A stretch of 64,000 nucleotides of DNA, from positions 27,590,001-27,654,000 of the forward strand of contig OZ281496.1 in the NCBI GenBank assembly GCA_965637545.1, in the 5' to 3' direction. Positions 12,801 to 27,800 of this stretch are shown piece by piece. The notes beneath the pieces are model-generated. The model saw nothing but the letters and a program-made list of their open reading frames with translations. It did not search any database and was not told the origin of the DNA. The translations under genes were made by a program, and so were the position numbers. Each line of letters opens with the position of its first letter. Within the stretch, counting starts at the first letter, position 1. The stretch is from Phallusia mammillata (lineage: Eukaryota).

Positions 12801-15800
12801 TCCCAAAACATCCGTTTTATTGCATAGCCAACCCCTCCAGGTGGTATATTGTAGTATTAGCAAATATTCTGGTTTGTGACATGTTTTAGTTACTAGTAAA
12901 ATAAAACAAATTGGGAATTGAAGACCAATTGAGGTGACTTTTAGGTACCTTGATGTCGTAGTCCTGTACAAACGCTTGGTAACTTCTTGCATTAAAAATT
13001 GCCAGTATGAAATCAGGATGTTCTTCCTTAGCTTCAAGTGCAGCTTGGAAAAATGGGTCCTTGGCTGTTTTGCAAGCTCCACAGTCTGTACAACAGCAGT
13101 TAATTATATGTTAAGGTAGAGATAAGGTAAAAGTTCAAAGACCTTATGTAAGATAAGGTAAAAGTTAAAATTGCAACGAGGTCAAAAAAAATTGAAACCA
13201 CTGTGAAAAATCAGTACTCGGGATAACATTGACCAGTCCAGGTCCATTTTAACTAAAGTCTGTTTGCGTTTGATAGATTTTGGATTCCTTGCCTAACTAA
13301 ATCGTTTTGGTAATAATAAAGTGTTAAAACGTTTTTAATACAAAACTATCAACAAAATACAAAACAATTTAAAGCTCGTTTCAACATTTACTAGGAGAAT
13401 AGAACATCACGAAAGCTTCTTTGGATTCGGACAGAAACGTTTCAAAGTTATCAGGATCCAGTGACGTCACTTCTTTAGGCTTAGTCAGATTGACGTCATC
13501 GTCCTCGGCCTTGTGGTCTCGTGGTTGTTGAGTCTTCGATTGGCCAGAAGAACTAAACATGGCAGCAAAAGGAAAATGTGCATTCATTCGAGAACAAGTT
13601 TATTTTAAGACTTTTACCCATCGTAAAATGCGACGACGCCTTCAGTGGTACGTGGTCCTCGATACACTTTGTCGAATTTGCCGTTTCTGCAAATAAATTT
13701 AAGTTTTTTTGCTTGTTTATTTTCAACAAGTTAACATTATTTTCTGTGCACAATATATTCGCTCTATTGTCAAATCCAAGTATCATTGACCGCCAAAGTT
13801 TAGAAATGTCTCAACTTATTTGGTTTTCCAAGCAAACAAAGAATACAAACATATGACGTCTTAGAAGTCACGACCAAATTAAACTTTTAGTGCCAACACA
13901 ACAAAAATGTTAAGAAGCGGTGTAACTTGTCATATTCGGCAAAGCATGTTTGATTTTACATAAATCAGGTCTAGAACAGTAAGGGTCGTATTACCGAAAT
14001 AAGTGTATGAAATTTTATCTATAATTTTATTGTACTACCTGAAACAAATCAATGTTGGGAACCCGGTGACGTCATATTTCTTCATCAGCTTTTTCGCCTT
14101 CTCGCCATTAATGGCCGCTAGCTGTGCTGAAGAGCCCTTTTCTGACAGAATGTCAGCAGCTTTGGCGAAGTCAGGCTTGAAGCGTTTGCAGTGTCCGCAC
14201 CCTTATAAAACAAAAACAAAGCAATCTTAGCCATTAAGACCAAATTTACCACCTTTTTACTGACACAAATCAGTAGTTATAGAAAGGAATTTTTAAATCC
14301 AATTTTTTTAAATTAAGTTTTGATGCACAAGTTAAGTTGAAAAAAATTGAAATACATATTAATCCATTTCGTTTATTTATTTCCAAATTCGTAAAACCAT
14401 CACCATAATTACTAGGGATGGGCCAAGCCGAGCCAGAACCCGAGTACTCGGTACCGAGCATCGCTGTTTTTGATGCTCGGTGCTCGGCCGAGCAGTTGCA
14501 CAAACTGACCCGAGCGTTAAATTTGCATATTCATGCCCCGCTAACATACGTAACTAGTGTTCTAAAGGGTATCCAAGAAAAAAAACGAATGATTTTTCAA
14601 ATGTATTAGATGGTGGGAAAACGCGTTCTTTATGGGCATGTACAGCTCAATAAAACACCGCCGGTGACCGGGGATTTTTTGTGACGTCATAATGCACCGA
14701 GCATTAGAGTGAGATGCTCGGTGCTCGACCAAACAGAACATTTGCAGTTTTGGCACATCCCTAATAATTACAGTGCTACCATTGTCAATAAATTTGTATG
14801 GAACTATACTCAGACAGAATGACTTAATAATTAACCAAAACAGCACCTTGTATGTCCACATATTTAGCATAATATTTAACAGACCTCCGTATTTTATACA
14901 AAGCTTTTAATAGCCTTGGGGTATCATGATTTAGACCGCTGTGAGTTAAAGCAAATTCAACCTTAAATTGCAATACACATAACGTTAATGTATTGTTATT
15001 AATTTGTTTCCATAGCCAATGTTAAATATCTTACAGTCCGTATAAAACATAACCATGACTTGGTCATGTTGCTTAATAAACTTTTTGAAGGATTTTCTTC
15101 TCAACTTTGTCACGTTACTACTGCTGGTGTCCCATCCCTCATCCGACTTAGGCTTGGCGATAAAAGTTGGCCTATAAAACAACACAAATTTTTTTACTAT
15201 AAATCAAGACTTTTAACAATACGAAAAAGATTGTGTTTCTCCAATATATCAAGCACAAATTACTTTTTCATAAACTTTACAATATCTTCAGTTGTCGGTT
15301 TTCCATTATACGGATATTTGAAGAATCCCTTACGGAAATATGCATAAAACGGATGTGAGGTGATGTCGTATTTCTTCTTCAGCTTTTGACCTACATTAAA
15401 ACAATAATTTCGACCTTAAAAACTATCGGAAACGGCAGATCGACCTACAAACGAACTGTATGTAAGTTATATGCAGATGAATCCGGTTAAACGCATCACC
15501 AATTTGCCCAGTCATTATGCATTTAGGTGGATTCGTCTGTATTACCACGAACATTTATTAGGTCGTGTTCATGCGTACAAACCCTCACTCGTATAAATCA
15601 CAATATGCTATAGACGTGCAATTGAATTTTTATACGAGTGTGCCACGTTTGTCTGCAAAGAAGCGGTAGATATCCCTGTATATACGCTCTACCATCAGCG
15701 TTAAGAATATTTCTAATTAATATTTCAAAAAGCGTACTGTAAGTAAATGTATGGGGGTTGCTACTTATAACTTTAACCTTTAGCCAGATTGACTGCAGCT

Positions 15801-18800
15801 AAAGTAGCTTCTGGTCTCTCGTTGTCCAATATCTTTGCGGCCTCTTCATACATCTTCCGCTGTTGGTAGCAAACTGAACTGGCTGAAAAACAAACATCTA
15901 TGATATAGCGAAAAACTGTTATAATGAAGCAAAAAAACTTTTAAATTATTCTGTTTTTTATTGTTTGGGCAACCGAGTAACCATACAGAAGCTCAAAAGG
16001 GTGCCAAAAAGGTGCGGTTGGTTTCTAGGTTTTCAAGTGGAGTAGGTATCTGAACTCATCTGATAATAATACGGCCTTTGGTTGAAAGTAGCCAGTAAAA
16101 AATGAGTGGCTGTCATTGTTATACAGGTTTCAAGATGTTTATACTTTATTCAACATAAATAGTAAAACAATACAATTTCGAATAATGTGACTTACTGTCT
16201 GAGTAGAAGACAACTAGCATGTCTTCTTGGTCTCTGGCAAACGCATCAAATCCAATATCCTCTAAATGATAAACATCTTCGGCAGATTCCTGCATTGACC
16301 AATCAGGATTAGGACGTTTCGATTCGGGTTTCTTGGGGCTAAAATCACAGACAATGTTATAGAATACGCTTAATCACTTCACATGGGTTCGAACCCCACC
16401 ACAGGTTAGATTTATATAGAGTAGACTACGCCTTGCTATATGGGAATGCTTATAGTGACCGGCTGATTCGGTATAACGCCTTCAATATGCCTAGCATACT
16501 GTGATTTACATATTAGTGTGCCGTGATCGCTGGTCTGCATGAACGCTTCAGGGCTGATCCCAGCTACGAATTTAGGTTGCGAAAGTATTTAAATCAAACC
16601 AGATGAAAATCTTACTTTCTTAGGAAAGCCATTAGATCTTCTGTAGCACGGGATTTGGTATATTCGAATCGTTTCACTCCTCTCTCATACCACAGCAAGG
16701 TTGGAGTTCCCATTTCAGGTGTCCACATCCGGTAAATGTCGCTGCCATGCACGTCGCTGTCAATTACTGCCAGCTCGACCCCAAGCTGTTAAAACAGGTT
16801 GACAATAGTAAAGTCACGAAATGTGTTTGATTTTAAATGAGATTTTTGTAATACAGTAAAGCCAATGGCAGGTAACTGCGAAGAAATCCTGAATATACAA
16901 CAATCGAAAAATCTAGCAGAAAATGACCTAGGCTATTTTCATGTACTTAAATATATGTTATGTATCTGTCGACGACTATGAGCCGAATTTGGCGATTTGA
17001 TTTTGTGTATATTAAAGCAATAAAAATACTAACTTTGACAGATTTGGCGAGGCATGGATTTTCAGTTTGTTAATCCCAACAACTGGAGTGCTGTTTTTTG
17101 ATCAGTTGTTTGTAGCCAATTATTTTGTGATTCCGTGTTTTATATTTACATTAGGGTCAAATAGTGCTGTTAACTTATAGACGTTAAATTAAATGTTCAA
17201 GATGCTACCTTTTCGTCTTTTGCTTGCTTTGCAGTATCGGCGAGATGTTGTCGTATTGACTGGCAGTTCGGGCACTCAACACTGTACGCGGTCACCAGAA
17301 CCCGGGGATGTGAATGTACAAAGTTGCTCCATGTACTGCCTGAATACAACAATATAGGCTTGTTCCCAGAACTTGTTGACTGGAATTTGATGTGCATATG
17401 TAAACGTTATAAACTGCATGTATGGTGTATAGTCAGATATTCAGAATTGTGAAACCAATACTGTACTTGGTGATCTTGTGTAAAGACTTTGTGCGTGTAA
17501 GTGTTATATGAGTGTATATACAGCTAAATATTTAAGCTGTCTGCAGCCTAAATCTGCTCTAATAAGCTCTTTTAAATTATAATGAATGTCACATTAAAAA
17601 ATCAGAAAAAGTCAAAGACTGTCATTCCTGCGTGTGCTATAAAAAATCAGAAAAAGTCAAAGACTGTCATTCCTGCGTGTGCTATAAAAAATCAGAAAAA
17701 TCAAAGACTGTCATTCCTGCGTGTGCTATAAAAAATCAGAAAAAGTCAAAGACTGTCATTCCTGCGTGTGCTATAAAAAATCAGAAAAAGTCAAAGACTG
17801 TCATTCCTGCGTGTGCTATATTACTAAATCTGTAGTTGTTAAGCTACCTGTTAGTTTATGAAGTAGATCAGCATTAGGAATTCCATCCCAAAAGTCACTT
17901 TCGTTTCTCTCTGTTATTTTTTCGTCGGGCTCATCGTCTGCTAACGAAGCTTTTTCCATTTTCTCCAGGAATTCCACAAAATCCTTTTCCTGAAGATAAA
18001 TCAACGTAAACTGTAATTATAATTCTAACAAGTTTACTTTAGGAAACTAAACGCGTCTGAACTAGCTAGGAAATATACTGTGTTGTTCTGCTTGATGGTA
18101 ACTTAAGTACTGTATAACTGTTGTTGCATAAGTCCTTTAAGTTGTGATGATTTCTTTTTAAATGTTACCGATCAGCTAACAAATAACTGAAATTGGTAGA
18201 TTGGGAAAACATGAAATAAGGTGAAGTTGAAACGGCGGTCATAAAATTTGCTATATACAATGTTTTTGGCACTTAAGTTGATATTTTATATTCAATATTT
18301 CATGTATGTTACTGACTGGTCACTAAAGCGAAAACTTCTACAGCACAAGACATAAATTCCAGCTAACAATTCAAAATCGGTTTGGCTTCAACATATTTAT
18401 TCGCTTCATAGTAAGGCAATCGGGTACAAGGCATGACAAAAGTTCAATTTAAACAGGATTTCATTGATGTACTACTTCTTCTACACTCATAGTAAAGCAA
18501 ACAGCGGTAATATATAATTCCTACATTACATCGAAGTCTATATATTTCATTAAGTTTCACTTGAAGGCGGTTACATAAATATACATGTAGTGTATTGTGT
18601 GATGTACATACTATTATGCTATGTACGATAGCATGATTACTAAATTAAAATGTCGTCGCGTAGCTTACAGTTGTGGTCGGGCATAGAAAACGTGCTTATT
18701 ATTAAGGAAAAAATTTGAACTAGCTCGTTATTGGTACGTTAAATACGAAACAAGTGAACAGGTGTTCAGATACTAAATTTATATCGCAGTGAGATCCGTT

Positions 18801-21800
18801 TTTTGGCGATAATAGATGTAATGTACAGACAAAACCGGTTAATCGCAATTCGAATTTGTTCACCGTTTTGTCCCGATTAACCGGTTTAGTCTGTACACCG
18901 ATAACACATGGTTGTGTGGGGAAGTATATCGTGGTAATCACTTCCAGTTCTTATGACACACAGTTGTGACGTTATGCATGATGACGTCACTGTATAACGT
19001 GACGTTTTAAGGGCGTACGAGTAGTATGACGTAAGATAAAGCATTTTAAACATTAGAGACGCCTATGAAAAAGGTAATCGCGACACCGTTAAAGTAAATT
19101 TGATTCATTCATAAAAATGTAAGCATATAACGAGATAAATTCAACTACGAGTTTGCTTCACAAAAAAAGAAGTTTACAAGTGTTGGTTTTTTCAAAATAT
19201 TCTCTTTTATAATTAAGACTTCGATTTGTAGATGATTGAAACTATACGTAACAAAAATATAAATTTGGGCGCGTCACAAAAAATGATTGAAACTATAAGG
19301 CGGAAATTCATACAAAACTTTATTTCATATCACCGTTTTTTTAACCCTCTTTAGATTTCATACAAATTTGACTACACATAACAGTTCATAAACCTAGCAA
19401 AAATGTTAAGTATGGAAACAGTATGGAGTTGAAATATATGTTTGTATGTTGTTCCCAAACTAGGGCTTAAAAAACACTGGTTTAGATCAATTGCTTGCCA
19501 AACATTGCTTCAAGTGGGTCAAAAACATAATGTTTTCATCCCGTAACTTATCCTATAGGTATTTGCTAAGGGGGAAACATACGAAAATCACAATTGGGAA
19601 CGATTTTATGGCACATTGGTAAATGACCTTGGCGGTCAGGGTCATTAAGCACGTGGTAGGTTTAAATTTTGGCGCGAAAAGTTGAGGGGAATGCGGTTTA
19701 TTTACAAATGACATTTAAACGAAGGCCTGAGGTTAAAAAATGTAAGCATTTGATGATGAACATTTCATTTTAACCTCCTTACAACCAATACGTTTTTTTG
19801 TTCATTATTATTGTCATGTGTTCGCATTTATAATGCCAACGGTTTTAGATCAAGCTAGGTTTGTTACTGTAGGAGTACGAACATACGGTTGGCGTTTAAT
19901 TTGTTCTAAAGTCAAACAAAAAAAAACACTACAGAACATAAGGCGTATAGATATCAAGGCTTAATTTTAAGGCTATATACTAGAGGCTATTATTAAGGCT
20001 ACATCAAATTTTGACACCTTTAGCATGATGTCAAACAAACGAATTCATGTCCAAACAATCCAAAATGGGATTTTAGAAGATGTTTTCCAAATTAGCCTAC
20101 TGCATAGTAAGCCCTTAAAATTTGTTCATATGGTACCGTAACAGACTTTTCCTAAACCACAAGAAAAAAACCTAGCAGTGCTACATATAGAAAAAAGATG
20201 AATTCTGTCGATTTTTTTAAATACTACATTTCCAGCTAAACATTCTACAGCTCAGTCTTTGCCACTCCCGTTTTTTCGGACATGAAGTCGACGAAGTCCG
20301 GTTCCTGTTTAAACCGGTTTAAACCGGACCAACGGCAAAGATGGGGCATCCACACCACCGAAGCACAAAGCAACCGATCAGTTGTTTGTAGCAGTCACCG
20401 AAAAATAAAATAAAAACACAACTTGGTTAGTTTGACTATGATAATGATGGAAGTTTATTTGCTATTAAATAATGAAGTTTAGATATATAAGTTTAATAAT
20501 TCAATGGCTTTAATATGATGAGTTTTTTTTTTGTAGTTTCGTGTCCCAAAAGCAATTATAGATTCTATTCATTTAAATAGGATGATTTTTTTAATAAGCC
20601 CAAACTTGAAAGTCACGTTCATAATTTTTCAACTTCAACTCTTTGTTGAACATACAAAAACGTTTGAAAAACAGAATACAGTTCATCGCATAACTACGTT
20701 TCTGGCTTTTATTTGCAATTAACCGGTTTGTATTCGATGCCCTGGAGGATTTTCTTTCAAATGGCTACGATTGGGATTCCAGATCCTTATGCGATTAAGC
20801 GGAATATGCGGTTAACAGTTTTGTCTGCATATAGAAAAACTCATTTAAAGCAATTTTGGGGTTTGTATTCTAACTTATTAATGCCTCTAAACACTAAAAC
20901 TCAATCTTTTAGGTTGTTTTAGCTGTTTTACTACATTCTACATGATAAAGTTTAGAATAAGCATGTACTAAAAGACCAACTACATCTACTCGGATAATAC
21001 CGTACCTCTCGGCCACTTTGATACTTGGCGGGATTTTTCCCGTAAGACAAATAATAAAATGTGGGATATCCTTTGACGTCATAAACTTCGCAAGTGTCTT
21101 TACTCGTTGTACAATCTACAGCTCCAAACACCACCTAGTGGTAAAGAAACGTTTGTTGATTTATAGATAAGCAGTAGTAAAGATGTTAACATTACACATT
21201 AAAGTACATTTTTGACAAATATTTTTGCAAAATGTTGTTTATGGTGCAATTTTTACCTTTTTGTCTTCAGCAAACTTTGCTGCAGCATTCTGATATTCTG
21301 GTTTTGCTTTCTTGCAGTGACCACACCCTAAAAATAGCAAACATATTTCACATCTGTGGTCACTTTTTGGTTCAATAGTATTGTTAAATCAATTGCAGTG
21401 TATATTTTATTTCGATTGTTGGTTTCGGCCACAACTTCTATCTTGACACGATGCTTTGTTTCTAAAATACAATTTCGTTGTTATAGGAACGTTCACTGTA
21501 CCCCAGGCCTATTTAAGGCGAAATACTAAGCATTTCCATTTGGGAAAGCGCAGGCTAGAAAAAGCAGGGATGCGGTGGGATTCGAATCCTCGGCAGGAGT
21601 CTTTCCGGAATCCGCGCCCTGCTTACTGAGCTACGAAAGGCTTAGCTGTAAACCCATCAAAAGTCGAACCACAAGCACCGTTGCCTGCCTTGTGGGAATG
21701 TTTAAATATGAAAGATACTGGTTGGGTCAAAAAAACGCCTGGGACAATTTGTTGTAAAATTGAAATAGTTGCTGAAAATTATAATCAGAACAGCATGTCG

Positions 21801-24800
21801 TGTTTCAGATATTTAGGCTACAAATCCCATTTTCAAGGTTTATTTATTTTATAGGTTTGCTAAACAATGAAGTAAGGTTGTAAACGTTTATAGGGGACAT
21901 TTAGACTCAAAATACTTTTCAGGATTTAACTCTTTCATAGGCTTGAACCCTTTAAAGTACAGTGAACTTGATTATACTTACAGGGTGCATAGAACATTAT
22001 GAGGGCGTGCTTCTTCTTTTTCACTCCAGCCTTGAACGTTGCGTCATCGTAATGTACTACGTCACTCTCCACTTCTGTCCATGGCTTTTCAGGTGGCGGT
22101 GGTGGCTTCGCACTGGTTTTTACATTTCACAAATTTAACAAGAGTTTCACGAAAGATACGGCTAGTTGAAAGTGGATTGTAATTGTAACCTGCTTTCATG
22201 ACTTTGTATCATAATTTTGTGACATTGTATCATGATTTCGTGACTTAAAATCGGAAACCAAAATCGCATAGCCAAGGAGTGTGAAATTGTTTTAATCGCT
22301 TTTTAACACTTAAGCTATCAAATGGTATTTAAACATAGTCTTTTTCAGCGAGTTTAAAGCATAGACCAGGGCGGTCCAAGACTAAGTGAATGAAAGGCCA
22401 TATTAGGGGTTTAAATACTTCGCGGGTCGCACAGGAGAAACGCTTTTGTAGCTAAGGGCTAAAATTTCTGTTCTAATTGCCTTTATGTTTTAAGACCTAA
22501 ATATCATTACCGCTAAGCACATCTGCTAGCACTTAGTTACAACTGTTTCAAAGTTCCTGCAGGTGCCGATGGTTGCAACAAAGAGAATGTGTTTATGTTG
22601 TCACAAAGAATGGAAGCGTTCTTTCCGGCTCACAATGGATACCTTCTACTCGAGGAAGAGCGTATTATTTACTGCACTTGTTTCGATCGCGGGCGGCACA
22701 AAAGCTATGCTTTCAACCACCCTGACGGTTTAACATAGTCGATAATGTGCCGAAGGTGATCTTGGTACATGTAATTTTATAAAACATATAATTTTCTAAA
22801 ACTTGTTTATATGAGTCTGTAAATCTGATTTATAAACTGACAAGTAGGCTGATGTAATATTTTTTGTCCTCACATATGCGTGCTTATATCAGGTATTGAT
22901 TTTTTGTACGGCATCACGCCATCTCACAATCAAGCGTTTATAATTGGTACTTCACGAAATCAAATGTAACCAAAACCGGATACTGCTTGGCGAAGTGGTT
23001 CACGACTGTGCTATGCTATAATATGTTTCAAAAACAAGTTTGGAATAACTTCAAACCGCGTCTATGTGAAACTATCGTAACGTTTTTAGGTAATTGGTTG
23101 AAACAATATTTTTCAAATTTTTGGTAAAACGATATTTTTCTGAAGGTAAAAATGTAAAATCATAAGGCAACAGGGTATGCAAGGTGACCAAGCGTTTGGG
23201 CCTTTTAACATACACTCTATGTAAGTTTCGACTTGCCTGTTTGTTTGTTTTTCAATGAATATGTGCAGAGTACGAAATATAAGCGCTAAAGACTTGAATT
23301 CATAAATATGAAAACTATATTACAACCTTCAAAAACTTTTTTAACTTACTCTTTAATGTAGGCAATAATTCCGTCCTTGCTTCGGGTGAATGCTGACGAT
23401 GCATCGTACTTCTGTTCCCCGTTTTCGAAGTATATGATAGTTGGGTAACCGGTAACCTATAACACACGGAATAAATAATCACACAAAGTCACTGGTCTTA
23501 TAGGTTAACACAAATGCATTTTAGTACAGTGATTTAAAAGGTTTAACATATTACTGAAATTGCCTAATTTTACACTAATTAATTGACATGCACATTTGAG
23601 TGAAAAGAAAGACATTTTATGCGTTTTTAGCAGCTGTTGCAATACAACCCGGCGGAAAACGTCCCTTAAAAATAGTATTAAAAGCTATCAAGATACCTTA
23701 AAACGGTCGCCGATTTCTTTATATTTCGTGGCATCAAGCGCAGCCAGCATTTCTGGGGCCTCGTCCTCTTTCAGTTGAGTAGCAGCTAGATCCCAATCCG
23801 GCTTGAGTCTCTTACAATGTCCGCACCCTATAAAGCAAGCAAGTTTATTTCATATAAGTTGGCTATAAATAATACCCCTTAGTCCGCAAACCGGTTAAGA
23901 GTAAGCCCGAAGCATTTACTCGCTGCGTATTTAACATAAGACATACGAACTTTGTTGATGAAAATATGGATAATGTCGATTCTGTGCAATTATACATGAA
24001 TTTTGCAGAAATTCTAATGAACGGTTAAAAATGCTAGTGGGTTCACTGATACATAATGAATGCTTGAAAGATAAAAAAAAACAGATTTAAAGGAACGGTC
24101 CATCTTTACTTGGCGTTGAGAATAACAATTATATGTGTCATTATTCGTACTTTGGCCTTGGGCAAATTGCACGCCGACAATGACCGAACGCACGAAGCGT
24201 TAGAACGGTATGTTTATCGAAAATCAAAACAAACCACACAGCAGTACGCCCTTTGCCCACTAAATTACCAACGGTCAATTGTTGCATTAAAAAAGTCAAA
24301 CAGTAACACTGAACAAAAATCTTGATGACAGAACAAACTTATAAGATTTATGTGAAAATGTGTTAGTTGTCGTTGTCAATATTCACATGCTGGTTGATTA
24401 AACAGCTGATTAAATATGCAAAATAAGGCGTTAAAAGCAGGACATAATAATTATACAACAACTTTACCAGTTTTTACAGTTAAAACTGACTTACATGGGG
24501 CATAGAAGAAAACCATGACTTTTTCATTCTCAGCAATAAAGGAATCAAAGTTTTCAGCAGTCAGGTGATGGACATCATTTTCACTTTCTGCCCATTCGAC
24601 TTCCGCCTCTTTGGGTTTTGGCTCACTAGGGCTGAAGGTCACAATATACAGTCATATTAGTCAATGTTTAGTTACCAAGTTATGGTGCAAAAGTTAGAGG
24701 TACATGGTCCAATAAAGTGCATAAACACAATGGTTATAAAAACTATAGATGTAATATATTTAGGGACACATAAAATGTAAAAAGCAAATGGAAACTTGAT

Positions 24801-27800
24801 ACTTTTGGGGCCTCATAAAACACACTTCTCAACTCTTGTATTATTTACAAAACACACAGTATTTATGTTAAAGAATACTGCACAAAACAGAAAACATTAT
24901 TACATTAGTTGTAAGATAACACACCTTTTACATTTTTATAGACTACAAATATTTGACTCTAAATGAAATCTGTATTACATTATGTAAACTTACTCATTAA
25001 GCCAATCGATTAGTTCCTGTTTAGTGTGCCCGGCTGAGTATTCAAACTTTTGTTTTCCTTCACTGGAAATAAACAAAATGTGAACATGTAATAGGGTTTT
25101 GAGCGTCAGGATGCAAGAAAAGGGGCAAGGACAAAAAGAGGCTTACTCAAAGTAAATCGTCTTTGGAAAACCAGTAATGTTGTATTTTTCACGGATTGAA
25201 GCAGAATCTTTGTTGCCCTGAGCATCGATGCCAGCCATAATCTACAAACAAAAACATATTACATAATTGGCACCACACATTACTACTACAAATATTATGT
25301 GATGATTATGACTATTAAACTTACCACTTCACCTTTTTTTTCAGTTGCCACTTCAGAAAACACAGGCTTAAATCTCTTGCAAAAACCACACCCTGTAACA
25401 GAAACACTACTGTGAATGTAGGCATATACATTTAAAACACAGGTTTAACAATCTAGAAGTGGGTGAGTTGAGTTCATTTTGCCGGGCAAAACCGTAGCAG
25501 CACAATTATGCTAAAATATTCACCAAGCGGGATATAGCTGCGCAACGTTCAGACGCTAAAAAGCGCGATGAAGTTGAGGGCACAATTGGTGGACAGATGG
25601 TAGACACACTGCAGCTACACCATTACTACAAGTTTAAAAACATTCAAAACCTACAAGGTGCATAAAACATAACAAGCATGGGCTGGTTCTTTTTGATCAG
25701 TTTGTTCAGTTGTTTTTCTGATTCAATATGAACAACATCTTTCGCATCATCTTCCTCTTCCCAAGGACCATCTGATTTTGGATCCAATAGAAAAGCTTTC
25801 AGTGACTAGAAAAGTAATAAATCGATCTTGATTTACCAGTATTAAAAAACCATTGCAATCTTAGATATTGATCATAAACATATCGAGAAGATTTCATTCA
25901 AAACTTACACACAAAACTAAAACAGTAGTCTGGATGATTTTAAACAATTGCAAAAAATGTAATAAATACCGAATCACAAATGAAGCCTATCCTATATTCT
26001 AATTCAATACATATTTTATATTCTTTTATATATTTATATTCTAATTATATTCTAGTTCATTCTGTATTCTGGATAATCATGAGAAAAATCTTGATGAAAT
26101 GGAATTTCTTCATATACACCTGATAGCAATGTAATATAACACTACTAATATTTAATACATATTGGAGTGTAATATGAAACAGAATGTTATGATCTTTATA
26201 GGCCGACCTAGCTCACATACCTTGACAGTATATCTTCGATCATAAATTGAACTAAATTCTCCATCCTTGTAATGTTGCAACTGTACTGGGCTTGGAGCAG
26301 CTTTTTGCTTCTTACAAAGCTAAAAAAGTACATTGAACAATAACCATCAACCATGTTACATTGAACAATAACCATCAACCATAAAAAGCGCATGTTAGTA
26401 AAAAAATTCAGTGTACATCTCAGGACAGTGTACACTGTTTTGGTCCATCAGGGCAAGCGGTGTCAGGACATTGACCATATTGGTTAGTTTAGCCAGTACA
26501 TGACACTCAAGTTTGTTGGAAGTAGAAGGCTATCTTATAAGTAAAACAGTGTACACATTGTGTGTAGCGTAATTGCGATGTAATGTCTAAATCAGTAATT
26601 CTTAAACTGTGTGGCATGTCAGAGAGATTTCCTGGTGTGCCGCAAAATTGTAAAATCTCTATTTTAAAGTACAAACATTCAGTGGTGCTTCAGGACTTCA
26701 TGACAAAATATATACTGGTGTGCATATCAACCTTTCAAAGCTTATATTTTTGTTATTGGTAATAAAAAGCATCATTACCTATCACATTAAAGTTGAAAAT
26801 TACCATTTTTTAACCGGTCACGTCTAAAACTGCGGGCCCACTTGGATCACTTGGCCCGCTTGGCCCAGCACTTTATGCAATTGAAAAACTGCGGGCCCAC
26901 TATATCCAGTGCTTCATGCTTGTCGCGTCTCTTGCAGTATAAAAACTGCGGGCCTGCTATATCCAGTGCTTGTCGCGTCTCTTGCAAGGAAAAACTCCGG
27001 GCCCATAATATCCAAAGTGTTCGGCCAAGCGGGCCAAGTGAGCCAAGCGGGCCCGCAGTTTTAGACATGACCCTTTTTTAACAACTTTTGTTATGTTTAC
27101 CTGGGAAGTGTGCCACAGAAGAAAATTTTAGTTCTTCAATGCGCCACATGCTTAAAAAGTTTGAGAACCACTGGTCTAAATGCTTCTACATTAAAACCTT
27201 TACCTTTTTGCCTTCTTTTGTGCTACAGTCCACCCATGCCAATGTAGCAGTACCTTTCATTTCCGTAGCACATTCCCCATATACGTCGAATGATTTTGTA
27301 GCAGCATTCTCTGTCAATTATAATCAATTTAGGTATAAGATTGATATTGAAACCTGTGAAACCCATAACCTTACCATCATTGGCAAACATGACCATTACA
27401 TTTGTTTTTGTTCTCAAAAGTTTTTTGAAACTTTTTACTCCATCTATTTCTTGTATCCATTTGGTGTTTGCCTTGTTCTTCCCAGCATAGCAATAACTTG
27501 ACAATGTCTAAACACAATTTGTTTCAATTTTCATGTATTTTTGTAGCACCTAATCCAAGGACATTTATGACATGATTTCTTTTGTTTGGGCATGTATCAG
27601 TGTGGGATTCAGCCGGTTCTCACCGATTCTATAAAACCGTCTCACGAAATTTTATAAGATTAGCGAACCATTTAGCATGGTTAGTTATAGTTGCTGCCAA
27701 TGGACTTTTTGTAACAGAATCGACTGAAAAATAAGACTTTTGTGAGAGAACCGGCTGAGGAAAATTTGAACCCCACCACTGCATCTTATGTGAAAATTCC

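Noticed and set aside
17595-17835. 45-bp repeat as a CRISPR array, and its 67-aa repetitive ORF
   Set aside because: The units are head-to-tail with no spacers, the context is eukaryotic and intronic, and the ORF is a by-product of the repeat.
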